Shown piece after piece: positions 40,539 to 57,013 of a DNA stretch of 64,000 nucleotides (position 1 is its first letter; each line of letters starts with the position of its first letter). Origin of the DNA: an uncultured cyanobacterium (GTDB lineage: Bacteria; Cyanobacteriota; Cyanobacteriia; CAKZMO01); assembly GCA_963719515.1 (NCBI GenBank), contig CAVRCJ010000014.1:160001-224000 (forward strand). Direction: 5' to 3'. A program made the position numbers and the translations under genes. A model generated the notes under the pieces. It did no database searches and was not told the origin of the DNA. It was given only the letters and a program-made list of their open reading frames with translations.

Positions 40539-40566
40539 TTGATGCCGTAGACTGCGCCTCAACGAC

Positions 40567-40611
40567 AAGGCCCCCCCAATCTCTCAAGTCTGAGGGATTG
40601 GGGGGCTTTTT
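40567..40611 (+). terminator. Intrinsic terminator between convergent gpsA and the GerMN gene
   Basis: GCCCCCCCAATC...GATTGGGGGGC stem followed by a T tract. Confidence 0.75.
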
Positions 40612-40633
40612 AAGCTGCGCAGCGGTAAAAACG

Positions 40634-41281
40634 CTAAAGCGGGAAGTTTTGGTCGAATGCCTCTCGCGTCATCGGCCGATCCACAATCAGACCCTCGCCG
40701 CCCAAATACTCTAGCGGCTCGCCGTCCACCGAAATCCACACTGTGCCGCTAGGGTCGAGGCTCGTCGCGGTATACACCACCTGACCCAATCGGCCCATCA
40801 TCGACGCCGACCCACCGCCCTGCTCAAAGTCCGCCGACAGATCGACGTACACACCGTCGGGCTGCACCCTCAGAGCGTCCAGTGTCGTACCGTCTGGAAT
40901 TTCGGAGAAACCCAGACTCTCATCGGGCTCTGCCAGCAGCTGATCAAAGGCGGCGGTTAGCACCACTTGTGGATCTCTGGCGTCTTCAACCTGAATAGGC
41001 GCGGGAACCAGCTCAAAAGAAGTCTCTGACACCTCTAGCAAATAGAGGCGGGCATCAGTTTGGGCAGTCGGCGCGGCCGTGCTCGGGGGGTCTTGCGCTA
41101 ACTCTGGCGGTGTAGTGGACGGGTCGGCCGTGGTCGGTTGCTCAGCCGTTGGCACCTCGACCAGCGTATTCCAGGTCCACCAGGCCGTGCCGCCGCCAGC
41201 GGCCAGCATAACTGCCGAAAAGGCGGCAATTACCCCCAGTGGAAGCTGACGAATCCGATGATGAAGCTGACGATCCTGCAT
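40634..41281 (-). CDS. GerMN-domain protein
   Basis: N-terminal TM; IPDGTTL...VYVDLSADFEQGGGSASMMGRLGQVVYTAT. Confidence 0.88.
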   Translation of the reverse strand: MQDRQLHHRIRQLPLGVIAAFSAVMLAAGGGTAWWTWNTLVEVPTAEQPTTADPSTTPPELAQDPPSTAAPTAQTDARLYLLEVSETSFELVPAPIQVEDARDPQVVLTAAFDQLLAEPDESLGFSEIPDGTTLDALRVQPDGVYVDLSADFEQGGGSASMMGRLGQVVYTATSLDPSGTVWISVDGEPLEYLGGEGLIVDRPMTREAFDQNFPL

Positions 41282-41366
41282 AGTGACTTTTCCCAACTCG
41301 CTTGCTTCTAGTGTAAGACGATTGCCTAGGCATCATCCTGTACGCCGGTCCACTCCCTCAACTGGG

Positions 41367-41450
41367 CTAGGGAAATACTGGACTGGGGAAGTACTGGTAC
41401 TAGGGAAGTACAGGGACTAACTAGGGAAATACTGGACTAGGGAAATACGG
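41367..41450. repeat. ~16-bp degenerate tandem repeat (5 units) overlapping a stop codon
   Basis: CTAGGGAAATACTGGA-like units at 41367, 41383, 41400, 41421 and 41437. Confidence 0.8.
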
Positions 41451-42222
41451 TGGCCTCTACCTTCAAAAAGGCGATCGCCTCAATGCCCTCGGGGCTAAGG
41501 TCTAGTTTCAGCAGACGGGCCGTAATGCCCAAAAGTTCCAGGTTGCGCAGCGTCAGCTGCTGGTTCAGCCCCGCCACCAATGGCCGCAAAATCTGGGCGG
41601 GAAACTCGACGCCGTTGGCCACTAAGCGGGGATCTTGAATCGTCAGCCGGTGGCCATCCTCAAGCCCCAGGCCAAGTTCGATCTCAATAGCCAGTTCGTT
41701 ATCCGTCCCCTGCTCCCGCAGCGTTCCTTCTAGTCTGACGCGGTTGTCCCCCAGCAGGTATAGCTGCGGGTCCACCAAATCAGCCTGCTGAATTTGCCCC
41801 ACCGCGCTGCCCAAAGCGCTGATGCCAATGTCCTGCAGCACTTCGGTGACCGTAGGCGATCGCAGGGCGGTATTGATGTCTTCAGCCTCGATCACGATGC
41901 GGGTGACGGCCTGTAGCGGCCTTTGAAGGCTCACCTGACCATCCGTCAGTCGGCTAAACCGTAGGTCTACGGGGTCAGTCTCCACATCCAGTAGGGCCAC
42001 CCGCAGCTCGGGAATGGGATAGACGCCGCGCCCCGCCACCCGGATGCGGTCCACTCGCCCAGACAGCAAATCGTGGCTGGGGCGATTGTCGACCCGCACC
42101 TCTAGGGTTTCTGCGCCGTGGAGCTGGTCTTCGATGGCCGATTCTAAAGCTGCGTCGGTAAGGATGCCAACCGGGGAAATTAGCCCGATAAGAGTGCTCA
42201 GGAGAACAGTGAAGACTTCCAT
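41437..42222 (-). CDS. DUF2993 (LmeA-like) protein
   Basis: LEVRVDNRPSHDLLSGRVDRIRVAGRG and EDINTALRSP motifs; divergent from pyrG. Confidence 0.8.
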   Translation of the reverse strand: MEVFTVLLSTLIGLISPVGILTDAALESAIEDQLHGAETLEVRVDNRPSHDLLSGRVDRIRVAGRGVYPIPELRVALLDVETDPVDLRFSRLTDGQVSLQRPLQAVTRIVIEAEDINTALRSPTVTEVLQDIGISALGSAVGQIQQADLVDPQLYLLGDNRVRLEGTLREQGTDNELAIEIELGLGLEDGHRLTIQDPRLVANGVEFPAQILRPLVAGLNQQLTLRNLELLGITARLLKLDLSPEGIEAIAFLKVEATVFP

Positions 42223-42236
42223 ATGTGGCAGAATAG

Positions 42237-43898
<1,662 letters not shown>

Positions 43899-44443
43899 GG
43901 CGGGGCGGGCGCAGCCAAGGGCGTGCCGGCTGTCGCGGCAGCTGTTGATGGCATGTATACCGGCAATCAACTTTAGGCGGTGGGCGTCTGGGGTAAGAAT
44001 AGGTTCTGCGATAGGGCTGTCGGGAAGTGGGGCGGTCTACAGCTCGCTGCTGTCAGGGAGCTCCTGGCGCAGGCGATGCTGAGCGCCATGGTCGGTCTGT
44101 GCCCCGCGCTGAGCGAAGTTGCGCTATTAATAAAATCGCGATCGCCCTAACATCCGGAGCTAGCGTTGCAAAATTCTCTAGCGGCTCGCAGTCGTATTAG
44201 GTGATGTCAACAATCAGGGCTTCCCGCAGCATTGCTAACTCTGCCTAGGTGTAGATAAATGCTTCTACGCCGTAACCCATACCCAACTTAGAGCCGATTC
44301 TCAGCATCTTCTTATAGTCTCCTAACATCTTCAATAGGCTTGTAGAACAAGCTTAGGTTAGGCAATTCTCAGCCTATCTGCGCCGCAACCCCCGTGTCTA
44401 GGGGTAGCTGTGCTCCGCTGAGAGATAGTGAGGTCGTTTAACG

Positions 44444-45475
44444 ATGCTTCTGGTAAAAGCTGCAGTGGGTAGCCTAGCTGCGATCGCCCTTTTAGTCGGC
44501 ACCGCTATTGTTCAGACAGGCGGCTGGGATAACTTCAAGCTACGCTACTACGCCTCAACTCAGGTGTTGCAAGATCAGAGCCACGAGCTTGACGACCTGC
44601 GCAAGCAGGGTATTGCTCTAGAGGAAGCAACCCGCATCGATCTGGCTCAACTTCTCAATGGGGGACCTCCTAAAGACGGTATCCCTAGCATTGATGCGCC
44701 TGAGTTCGACACCGCCCAGACAACGCCATTTCAGCCAGGAGATATGGTTATCGGCCTCACCGTTAATGGTGAGGCCAAGGCCTATCCGTTCAATATTTTA
44801 AACTGGCACGAGATCGTCAACGACACCGTTGGAGGCGTCAACCTGACAGTTTCCTACTGCCCCTTATGTGACACCATCGTCGCCTTTGAACGGGGGAGCT
44901 CCACCTTTGGAGTATCGGGAAAACTCTACCAAAGCTGCCTCGTGATGTACGATCGCTCGGATGACACGCTCTACGCTCAACCTTGGGGTCTGGGAATTGT
45001 TGGTCCTCAAGTTAACCAGTCGCTGGCGCGGATGCCTGCGGCGAAAACCACTCTGGGTGAATGGCTCGCTCAGCACCCGGATAGCCAAATCCTTTCCACC
45101 CGCACAGGCCATTCTCGAGACTACCAGGGATATCCTTACGGCACATACTACACCGACGATCGCATCATCTTTCCGGTACGCAATCAAGAGCAGCGGCGGC
45201 TCCATCCCAAAGCGATCGTTAGCTACGTGTGGGAATCTGATCATCAGATTCCCCGCAACCAGTTCTCGGGGGATAGCCTCGCGTTCGCCCACAAAGCGCT
45301 CATGCAGGCGGGGCGTCAAGAGGTGGCGTTTGCGGGACGCACCATTCAGGCCCGCTGGGATGAGGAGATGTCTACGGTTGTTGTAGAGGAGATGGACGGC
45401 AGCGTCATTCCCAATACCACCGCCTTTGCCTTTGTCTATCCTGCCTTCTACGGTGAGCCACTTCAGCAAAGATAG
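44444..45475 (+). CDS. DUF3179-family protein
   Basis: GGPPKDGIPSID, AYPFNILNWHEIVND, SYCPLC and FGVSGKLYQSCLVMYDR motifs. Confidence 0.88.
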   Translation: MLLVKAAVGSLAAIALLVGTAIVQTGGWDNFKLRYYASTQVLQDQSHELDDLRKQGIALEEATRIDLAQLLNGGPPKDGIPSIDAPEFDTAQTTPFQPGDMVIGLTVNGEAKAYPFNILNWHEIVNDTVGGVNLTVSYCPLCDTIVAFERGSSTFGVSGKLYQSCLVMYDRSDDTLYAQPWGLGIVGPQVNQSLARMPAAKTTLGEWLAQHPDSQILSTRTGHSRDYQGYPYGTYYTDDRIIFPVRNQEQRRLHPKAIVSYVWESDHQIPRNQFSGDSLAFAHKALMQAGRQEVAFAGRTIQARWDEEMSTVVVEEMDGSVIPNTTAFAFVYPAFYGEPLQQR

Positions 45476-45542
45476 AGCTATTGGTGTAGTGTGTGAGTCC
45501 GCGTTAAGGTCCGTCGCGACGCACCTTGGCCAAGCTGTAGCT

Positions 45543-46430
45543 CTAGACCTCCGCCATCTCCTCGCGCTTCAACAGCGGAAAGCCCAGCGCCTCCCGCTGC
45601 TCTAGATAAAGCTGCGCCACCTGCCGCGCCAAGCCTCGAATCCGGCGGATGTACTGCGTGCGCTCCGTCACCGAAATCACGCCCCGCGCATCCAGCAGGT
45701 TAAAGGTATGTGAGCACTTGAGCACCTGGTCGTAGCTCGGTAGAACGAGCGATCGCTCCATCAGGCGCTTGGCCTCCTGCTCATAGGTCTTGAACAGGCC
45801 AAACAAGACCTCAGCGTCTGACGCCTCAAAGTTGTAGGTGGAGTTCTCAATCTCGCCTTGTAAGAACACGTCCCCATAGGTAAGAGCATCGTTCCAGCGA
45901 ATATCAAAAATAGAGTCCACCTCTTGCAGGTACATCGTGAGGCGCTCTAGCCCGTAGGTAATCTCGATGGAAACCGGACGGCAGTCCAGACCGCCGCACT
46001 GCTGAAAGTAGGTGAACTGCGTCACCTCCATGCCATCTAGCCAAACTTCCCAGCCCACGCCCCAGGCTCCCACCGCCGCGTCTTCCCAGTTGTCTTCCAC
46101 AAAGCGAATGTCGTGGTCTTCAGGCTTAATGCCCAGCGCCTTGAGGGAGTCTAGGTAGGTTTCCTGGATGTTCTCCGGTGAGGGCTTGATCAATACCTGG
46201 TACTGATAATAATGCTGCACCCGGTTGGGATTCTCGCCGTAGCGTCCATCCGACGGTCGGCGACAGGGCTCTACATAGGCCACCGACCAGGGTTCAGGGC
46301 CAATTGCCCGCAAGAACGTATGGGGACTCTTAGTGCCAGCACCTTTTTCTGTGTCGTAGGGCTGAACGATGACGCAGCCGCGATCGCCCCAAAAGCTGTT
46401 GAGTGTTGCAATAACAGACTGAAAATTCAC
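45543..46430 (-). CDS. glyQ: Glycyl-tRNA synthetase alpha subunit
   Basis: [46 protein letters not shown] and [13 protein letters not shown] motifs. Confidence 0.99.
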   Translation of the reverse strand: MNFQSVIATLNSFWGDRGCVIVQPYDTEKGAGTKSPHTFLRAIGPEPWSVAYVEPCRRPSDGRYGENPNRVQHYYQYQVLIKPSPENIQETYLDSLKALGIKPEDHDIRFVEDNWEDAAVGAWGVGWEVWLDGMEVTQFTYFQQCGGLDCRPVSIEITYGLERLTMYLQEVDSIFDIRWNDALTYGDVFLQGEIENSTYNFEASDAEVLFGLFKTYEQEAKRLMERSLVLPSYDQVLKCSHTFNLLDARGVISVTERTQYIRRIRGLARQVAQLYLEQREALGFPLLKREEMAEV

Positions 46431-46626
46431 GCTGCCTCTCCTAGTGATACTGTGCGCCTCATTCGCTAACTATCCTAGCGGTGACCAGTCACTATTCGAG
46501 AGGCTCCAAATCGACCTGACCTGCGCCAAAGCCGCCTAGGACCTGCTGCGTTACAAACCGCAACATGGCTGAAACCTTCTCAGAGTAAGGAACACAAAGA
46601 AACTTTCAGATTACTCAGGTTTTTTG

Positions 46627-46656
46627 TTGACACCTAGCGGGAGATTTCGTTATATT
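46627..46656 (+). promoter_or_regulatory. rRNA operon promoter
   Basis: TTGACA-N18-TATATT; leader ATAGTTTGAAAGCTAA is complementary to ITS TTAGCTTTCAAACTAT. Confidence 0.7.
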
Positions 46657-46963
46657 GTCTAAGCGGTCGAGAGGGAGCGGAGCGAAAGCGAAGCGAGCTC
46701 GAGGCCACCGAACCTAGACAAGAGAATAGTTTGAAAGCTAAGCGCATCTAGAATAAAGCTTGGATAACATACACTCCGTCGATAGGGAGCATTAAGCTTT
46801 AGCACAGGGAGGGATAAGACCTAAACTTTGTTGAGATTAGTGTATCACTAGAAGACGAAAGAAAGAATGATTCCGAGATAAGGATAACTTATCTGAGGGA
46901 TTGGATAGACTCAGTGCTTGATATTCATTTAGTTTTGTCTGAGTGAATTTGAGAGTACAACCA

Positions 46964-48451
<1,488 letters not shown>

Positions 48452-48588
48452 AGGGAGACCTACCCGTTAGCGACTGTCTAATATATGACGTTGCTGATGA
48501 GGTCACTCTAAGGTCGGTCCAAGCAGTATTTATTTTGGGTGCAGTGTTTAGCTTTCAAACTATGTTTAGGTTTACCAAAACCAATTAC

Positions 48589-48662
<74 letters not shown>

Positions 48663-48681
48663 CTGCTACGGCTTTAGTCGT

Positions 48682-48757
48682 GGGGGTATAGCTCAGTTGG
48701 TAGAGCGCCTGCTTTGCAAGCAGGACGTCAGCGGTTCGAGTCCGCTTACCTCCACCA
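48682..48757 (+). tRNA. tRNA-Ala(TGC)
   Basis: GGGGGTATAGCTCAGTTGGTAGAGCGCCTGCTTTGCAAGCAGG...CTCCACCA. Confidence 0.98.
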
Positions 48758-48959
48758 ATTGGAATACTCGACTAGAACACTCGAGTGAACTAGGTGAATT
48801 CAGCACTCAATCAGGCGAAGGCTTAGATGGGCTGCTGAGCTCAAGAAGTTCAGCAAAGAACCTTGAAAACTGCATAGAAGAACAAACAACTGTCAGGTAG
48901 TTGATTTAGGTTGTGTAAAAGCAATTTAGAGAACGAAACAGACAAAAGCCGAAAGTAGT

Positions 48960-51773
<2,814 letters not shown>

Positions 51774-51843
51774 AAACTTTCAGCTCGCTTTGTTCTTCTG
51801 TGCAGTCCTCAGGGCTCTATAAATTCAATAGACCCATCAGCTC

Positions 51844-51962
51844 TTCTGGTGTCTATGGCGCGGTGGACCCACTCTGACTCCATCCCGAACTCAGATAGTG
51901 AAACATCGCAGCGGCGAAGATACTTTGGGGGTAGCCCCGCGGGAAAATAGCTCGATGCCAGG
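51844..51962 (+). rRNA. rrf: 5S rRNA
   Basis: TCTGGTGTCTATGGCG...CCATCCCGAACTCAG...ATAGCTCGATGCCAGG. Confidence 0.97.
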
Positions 51963-51970
51963 TGATTATT

Positions 51971-52010
51971 AAGAACAAGCCCTCGTTGTAATACAGCGGG
52001 GGCTTGTTCT
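51971..52010 (+). terminator. rRNA operon terminator (probably bidirectional)
   Basis: AGAACAAGCCCTCG...CGGGGGCTTGTTCT hairpin. Confidence 0.8.
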
Positions 52011-52012
52011 AT

Positions 52013-52804
52013 TCAGCGCGGGCCATAGAACGTCTCTAGACTGTCGCGATCGCCCGTGTAGCGCCAGTGCCACGGCTCATAGCTTACCTCCGTCGTCTCG
52101 TCGTCCTTGAACGAGAGTTCAAAACCGTAGCGGGCTGCATTCTTCTCTAGCCACTTGAACGCGCGGGTATTTTCAAAGCGCTCATCGAGATTTGCTTTTG
52201 GCACGTCCGCATCGCCAATATCGATGGCATAGCCTGTGTGGTGCTCACTATACCCCGGAGGAGCGCTCACGGCAGCCCGCTCTGAGGCACTTTGGGTTTG
52301 TTCAGCTCTAACACCAAAAAATAGGTACTGCTGCTGCTCTATAGATCGAAAGCCCGATAGAGGAACGATATAGATGCCGTTGTTTCGAGCCGCGTCGGTC
52401 ATGTCCATGAAAGCGTCTGCCGCAGGTTGTCTAAGGGCAATGCCCCCGTCCGCCGTGATGGAGACAAGCGACCTTTCTGGCGCTTCTTCGTAAGGTTTAT
52501 GGCCTAGCAGCGTATCAGAGGAGCCGGAAGATACCGAGAGTCCTGCCCGCACCAGAGCGTCCTGCAGTCCTGGTCGCGCTGAGATGATGGGTTGATTTGC
52601 GCCCAGGATGGGTGATCCTCGCCAAACCATTGCAGCGCCAGCTCCTGCAAGAAGAGCGAGTAACGTTCCTCCTGCCGCCCAGAGTACAGCTGAAGAGGGC
52701 TTAGACTTGGCAGACCGCAGTGCCGCTGAGGGCTCACGCATCGCTACGGGAATGTCGTCGGTCGGGGTTTGATCAGAGGTGAGCTTTGGGGACGGATCGG
52801 TCAT
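52013..52804 (-). CDS. D-alanyl-D-alanine carboxypeptidase (M15B/VanY family)
   Basis: SGFRS, APPGYSEHHTGYAID and YEPWHWRY motifs; N-terminal TM. Confidence 0.93.
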   Translation of the reverse strand: MTDPSPKLTSDQTPTDDIPVAMREPSAALRSAKSKPSSAVLWAAGGTLLALLAGAGAAMVWRGSPILGANQPIISARPGLQDALVRAGLSVSSGSSDTLLGHKPYEEAPERSLVSITADGGIALRQPAADAFMDMTDAARNNGIYIVPLSGFRSIEQQQYLFFGVRAEQTQSASERAAVSAPPGYSEHHTGYAIDIGDADVPKANLDERFENTRAFKWLEKNAARYGFELSFKDDETTEVSYEPWHWRYTGDRDSLETFYGPR

Positions 52805-53055
52805 GCCAAATCAACTTATGCGGGGGTCAGTACAATATCAGGGCTCTGCGCCGTCCAAAAAAGCGTCCGGAAAGCAGAAATCTATTGCGCTACTTGGATG
52901 TTACGCTACTGGGTGTTGCGTTACTGGGCGTACGTGGATGATGCGCTAATAGGGCCACATCGGCGGGGCGATCGCCATAGCCTGAACCATTGTAGTCTGT
53001 TGACATCTTTCTTTTGGACCGCTTTAGACCTCTATGCTACTGAGCCCCCGACGCA

Positions 53056-54048
53056 ATGCCGTCCGCATTAGTCCAGCTTTATATTCCGCTTGTGCTGTGG
53101 ATTGGGCTAGGAATAATTGCTGGACGAAGGCTACCTGGCAGCGTTCCTCGCCGACTCGGTGCGTTTCTCTTTTGGGTCGGGGCTCCGCTCAGCATCATGA
53201 TCTTTATTCGCCAGGCTGACATGACCCGCGCTGTGTGGGTGGCGGCGGCGGTGGCCTGGGGAGCCGTGCTGCTGGGAGGGGGACTGGCCTGGGGATGGAT
53301 TAAACTGCAGCGACGGGGGCGAGGGGCGGTGGTTAAAGGTCAGCACCAGGGCGCTGCTTCAGACGTTTTGTCCCAAGCGCTGTGGAGTCGCCCGTCCCAG
53401 GGAAGCTTCATTAACGCTTCCGCGCTCGGCAATACAGGGTATTTGGGCTACCCTATTTCGCTGATTCTGGTGGGCAGTGATTACTTTGGCTGGGCTGTCC
53501 TCTATGACTCCCTAGGCAGTACGCTGGCGTCCTACGGTTTAGGGGTGGCGCTGGCGTCCTATTGCGGTAGCGCTGATGCTCTGACGTTTGGCCAAGGAGT
53601 ACGGCGCGTTGGCCAAGCGGTTCTGCGCAACCCCGCGATGTGGAGCTTTTGGCTGGGTCTGGGTCTGAGACCGGTCGCGCTCCCCGCGTCGGTTGAGTCG
53701 GGCCTAAGAGGTGCTGCCTGGACAGTCATTGCGCTGTCTCTGCTGCTGCTGGGTATGCGCCTTAGTCGCCTTTCTCTGGGTCAGCATATCAAAACGGCGC
53801 TAGTCAGCCTCAGTATTAAAATGCTGATCGTCCCCTGTTTAGTAGGCGGTGCACTAACGCTAGCTGGTTTGGAGGGTGCGCCTCGGCTGACGATTGTGCT
53901 GCAGGCCGCTATGCCCCCCGCCTTTGCCACGCTGATTATTGCAGAAGCCTACAGCCTCGACATTGACTTAACCGTGACTACGCTGGCTCTGGGATCGGTT
54001 GCTATCTTAATTACGCTACCGCTGTGGCTAATTCTATTCCCCCTCTAG
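53056..54048 (+). CDS. AEC (auxin efflux carrier) family transporter
   Basis: GNTGYLGYPI, LLLLGMRL, KMLIVP and QAAMPPA motifs; multiple TMs. Confidence 0.9.
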   Translation: MPSALVQLYIPLVLWIGLGIIAGRRLPGSVPRRLGAFLFWVGAPLSIMIFIRQADMTRAVWVAAAVAWGAVLLGGGLAWGWIKLQRRGRGAVVKGQHQGAASDVLSQALWSRPSQGSFINASALGNTGYLGYPISLILVGSDYFGWAVLYDSLGSTLASYGLGVALASYCGSADALTFGQGVRRVGQAVLRNPAMWSFWLGLGLRPVALPASVESGLRGAAWTVIALSLLLLGMRLSRLSLGQHIKTALVSLSIKMLIVPCLVGGALTLAGLEGAPRLTIVLQAAMPPAFATLIIAEAYSLDIDLTVTTLALGSVAILITLPLWLILFPL

Positions 54049-54282
54049 AGGGCATTGATGGCCAAAGGTTCGTGGCCGGACCACAGCGTCGATAGAAAAG
54101 CCCCATCCCACCGAATTACGATTCGCGCAGAGATAGCAGATAATCAGGTAGAGGGGGCGATCGCCGACAGTAGCTCAGAAGTTCTAAAGGCGACAAATTC
54201 TGGGGCGCTCAGCTCCGCGCTTGGTTATCAACCCAAAAAGCTGCTTGAAACCGTTGAGGAAGTGAGAAGTGAGGACGGCCTA

Positions 54283-55008
54283 ATGACTCTTGTTCCAGAG
54301 CCTCGCCAGCGATCGCTGCAAAAGCTGATCACCAAGCTGGGGCTGACCGACACGACTGCTATTCAGTGGCCCCTAATCGATCAGGCCCTCACCCATATCA
54401 CCGCCGACTCCGCCCGCAATTACGAGCGACTTGAGTTTGTGGGTGACGCCGTGGTGCGGTTGGTAACGGCGACGTTCTTGTTCTCCACCTACCCCGAACT
54501 GCCTGAAGGGGAGCTGTCCGCCATCCGAGCTGTGCTGATGAGCGATCGCGTTTTGACCCAAATTGCTCAGCGCTACGGGCTCTCTCGCTACGTGCTGATG
54601 AACGCCAGCGCTGCCGCTGACGCCCCGGCCCAAAATACCATCGCCGCCGCTGCCTTTGAGGCCTTGTTAGGCAGCCTCTACCTCAGCCGCCCAGACTTCT
54701 CTTTGATCCATCCCTGGCTTGATCCCCACCTCGAAGAGTTTGCTGAAGCCGTGAACCAAGATCCCGCCCACCGCAACTATAAAGGGGCACTGCAGGGGCT
54801 TACCCAAGGGCGCTATCAGGTGCTGCCTGACTACCAGGTGGAAGAGGTGACTCTGGTCCATGGCCATCCCGAGCGGTTTTTGGCCCAGGTGTGGCTGCAG
54901 GGCAAAGTGTGGGGCGAGGGTAAGGGGCCGTCCAAAAAGCTGGCGGAGCAGGCGGCGGCTCAAGAAGCGCTAGCTGCTCTGCAGGCGGTGCCGGAGCTAG
55001 GCGCTTAG
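54283..55008 (+). CDS. rnc: Ribonuclease III
   Basis: ALTH, NYERLEFVGDAV signature and dsRBD (NYKGALQ...G.G.SKK.AEQ.AA); ATG at 54283 preferred. Confidence 0.92.
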   Translation: MTLVPEPRQRSLQKLITKLGLTDTTAIQWPLIDQALTHITADSARNYERLEFVGDAVVRLVTATFLFSTYPELPEGELSAIRAVLMSDRVLTQIAQRYGLSRYVLMNASAAADAPAQNTIAAAAFEALLGSLYLSRPDFSLIHPWLDPHLEEFAEAVNQDPAHRNYKGALQGLTQGRYQVLPDYQVEEVTLVHGHPERFLAQVWLQGKVWGEGKGPSKKLAEQAAAQEALAALQAVPELGA

Positions 55009-56307
55009 CTAGAGCTTGCCCTTAAGCCAGTAGGTGCGCATGTCTCCCTTCCCCTTAATATTTATGAGCCCACGCTCTTCTAGGTGGTAGTGACGCTGCA
55101 GCCGCAGCCACACCGCTTCGGTGACCTGGATGCCCCCCGGCTCCCCCTGGGATTCCATGCGGCTGGCAATATTGACGGCGTCGCCCCAAAGATCATAGAC
55201 AAATCGCTTGCGGCCAATCACCCCGGCAACCACGGGGCCAGCATTGATGCCGATGCGGATCATGAGGGAACGGTCCTGCTCTTGGCTCAGCCGAGCGATC
55301 GCCCGCTGCATGTCTAAGGCCATGTCGGCGATCGCCTCTACGTGGTGCGCTGAGACGTCGGGAATTCCCCCCACCACCATGTAGGCGTCGCCGATGGTTT
55401 TAATTTTCTCTAGCTTGTGCTTATCGGCTAGTTGGTCAAAGGCGGAAAAAATCTGATTGAGCAGCTCCACCACCTCTTGCGGCGGCATGCTGGACGACAT
55501 TTGGGTGAAGCCGACGATATCGGCGAACAGCACGGTGGCTTCAGCAAAGCTGTCGGCGATAGTTCCGTCGTAGCGCTTGAGCTTTTCGGCGATCGCATGG
55601 GGCAAGATGTTGAGCAACAGCTCCTCTGAGCGGTTTTTTTCTGCTTTGAGCGCCTGCCGAGTCGTAAATTGCTTCCACTGGAGGCGCTCGTAGCAGTACA
55701 CCGAGAGGGTGGATACCCCGCAAAACCAGAAGATATAGAGCGTTTGCCTGGTGTTCCACTCTAGGGTGTCGTTTGCCAAGGGAAGGTTTAACACCGCGTT
55801 GACGCTGTAGTAGTAGGCCAGCACGGTGAGCTGGGAGAGGAGATGAAGCGGCCACCGCAGGGGAATTAGGGTCGCCTGCACGAGGAACACCAATGTCCAA
55901 GAGCGGAGGCCAGGGTGGGCAAAGCCGTTGAGCGTGGCCCAGATCTGCTCGACGAGAGTCACCGTTAGGGATGCGGCTAAAAAGATGCGCCCAGGATGCC
56001 GTCGGCCCCAGGGGAGATGCAGCAGCCATAGGTAAAACAGGAGTAACCCCTGCACGACTGTAGCCATCCACAGCCAGTGGGGGGTGTCGCGGATGGAATC
56101 TGGGGTGGCAATGAAACGGATGAGGGTAAACGTAATGTAGATGCTCACCGCTAGGGCAAGCGCTGTGACCAGGCGATTGCGCATGAACCGCCGCCGCCAC
56201 AGGCGATAGCTTGGCTGCACGTCAATGAGCAGCCTACTCCGCCAGTCTGAGAGGACTTGAGCAAAGAATCGATTCACAGCACCCCTAAAATAGCTAGCCC
56301 AAGCCAA
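55009..56307 (-). CDS. Membrane-bound class III adenylate/guanylate cyclase
   Basis: About six TMs, LLLNILP, VLFADIVGFT, KIKTIGDAYM, YDLWGDAVNIASRMES; start uncertain. Confidence 0.92.
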   Translation of the reverse strand: MAWASYFRGAVNRFFAQVLSDWRSRLLIDVQPSYRLWRRRFMRNRLVTALALAVSIYITFTLIRFIATPDSIRDTPHWLWMATVVQGLLLFYLWLLHLPWGRRHPGRIFLAASLTVTLVEQIWATLNGFAHPGLRSWTLVFLVQATLIPLRWPLHLLSQLTVLAYYYSVNAVLNLPLANDTLEWNTRQTLYIFWFCGVSTLSVYCYERLQWKQFTTRQALKAEKNRSEELLLNILPHAIAEKLKRYDGTIADSFAEATVLFADIVGFTQMSSSMPPQEVVELLNQIFSAFDQLADKHKLEKIKTIGDAYMVVGGIPDVSAHHVEAIADMALDMQRAIARLSQEQDRSLMIRIGINAGPVVAGVIGRKRFVYDLWGDAVNIASRMESQGEPGGIQVTEAVWLRLQRHYHLEERGLINIKGKGDMRTYWLKGKL

Positions 56308-56330
56308 GCCTAGCTTTCCGCCCCGATACC

Positions 56331-56879
56331 CTATGGGGCGACGCTTGGCGCTTGGCCTACCTCAGTCAATTCAAGCGATCGCCGCAAAGCGGTGAGTTCG
56401 TCGCGGTGGCCTGTCACTTCAACGGCGGGCTGACCGGGAATTAAGTCGAGAATGATTTGCTCGACTCTCCCCGATCGCCACCAGTAAAACCAGCCCGCTA
56501 GCGGCGCGAGCAGCCCTAAGACGAATGCCCAAGAGCCCACCTGCGGCAGCAGCAGGCTGATTACCAGACCTAAGCACAGTAGCCCTATGACCGCCAAAAC
56601 CGTCAAGAAAAGCGCCAGGAAGATGCTGGGCTGCACCTGGCCTGACAAGACGATTCGAGGATGGCTGGGGGAAATCTCTCGCTGCAGGGGCTCGTAAGCC
56701 CGCTGGGTGAAGTGGGTGACTAGCGCCTCGACAAGCTGCCGGGGCGTTTGCGCTTCGCTGACGGTGAATCGAACAGTTTCGAGGCGCTCTTTCGTTGAGG
56801 CTCGAATGAAAAACACTAGCCCCACCAGAATGAGTAGGGTGAGCAGCAGTGTGGAGGACAGGATTGGCGCAGCAGTCAT
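56331..56879 (-). CDS. ccb1: Cofactor assembly of complex C subunit B (CCB1)
   Basis: STLLLTLLILVGLVFFIRASTKER, G.VQPSIFLA, PLAGWFYW and GHRDEL motifs. Confidence 0.85.
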   Translation of the reverse strand: MTAAPILSSTLLLTLLILVGLVFFIRASTKERLETVRFTVSEAQTPRQLVEALVTHFTQRAYEPLQREISPSHPRIVLSGQVQPSIFLALFLTVLAVIGLLCLGLVISLLLPQVGSWAFVLGLLAPLAGWFYWWRSGRVEQIILDLIPGQPAVEVTGHRDELTALRRSLELTEVGQAPSVAP

Positions 56880-57013
56880 ACCGTTAGTGATGGGTTTTCT
56901 CTATTATCTCCCAGTAGGTTCATAACCGCGATGGGGCGCTGCTGAATCGGGGGACATAGCGGCGCCATGCCCCCACTGCCCGACTCAGCGAGCTAACGCC
57001 GAGGGGGGATGCA

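Noticed and set aside
43899..44443. Long intergenic region after pyrG as an ncRNA or small-gene locus
   Set aside because: Only short ORFs without motifs, and no convincing structure or repeat found by eye.
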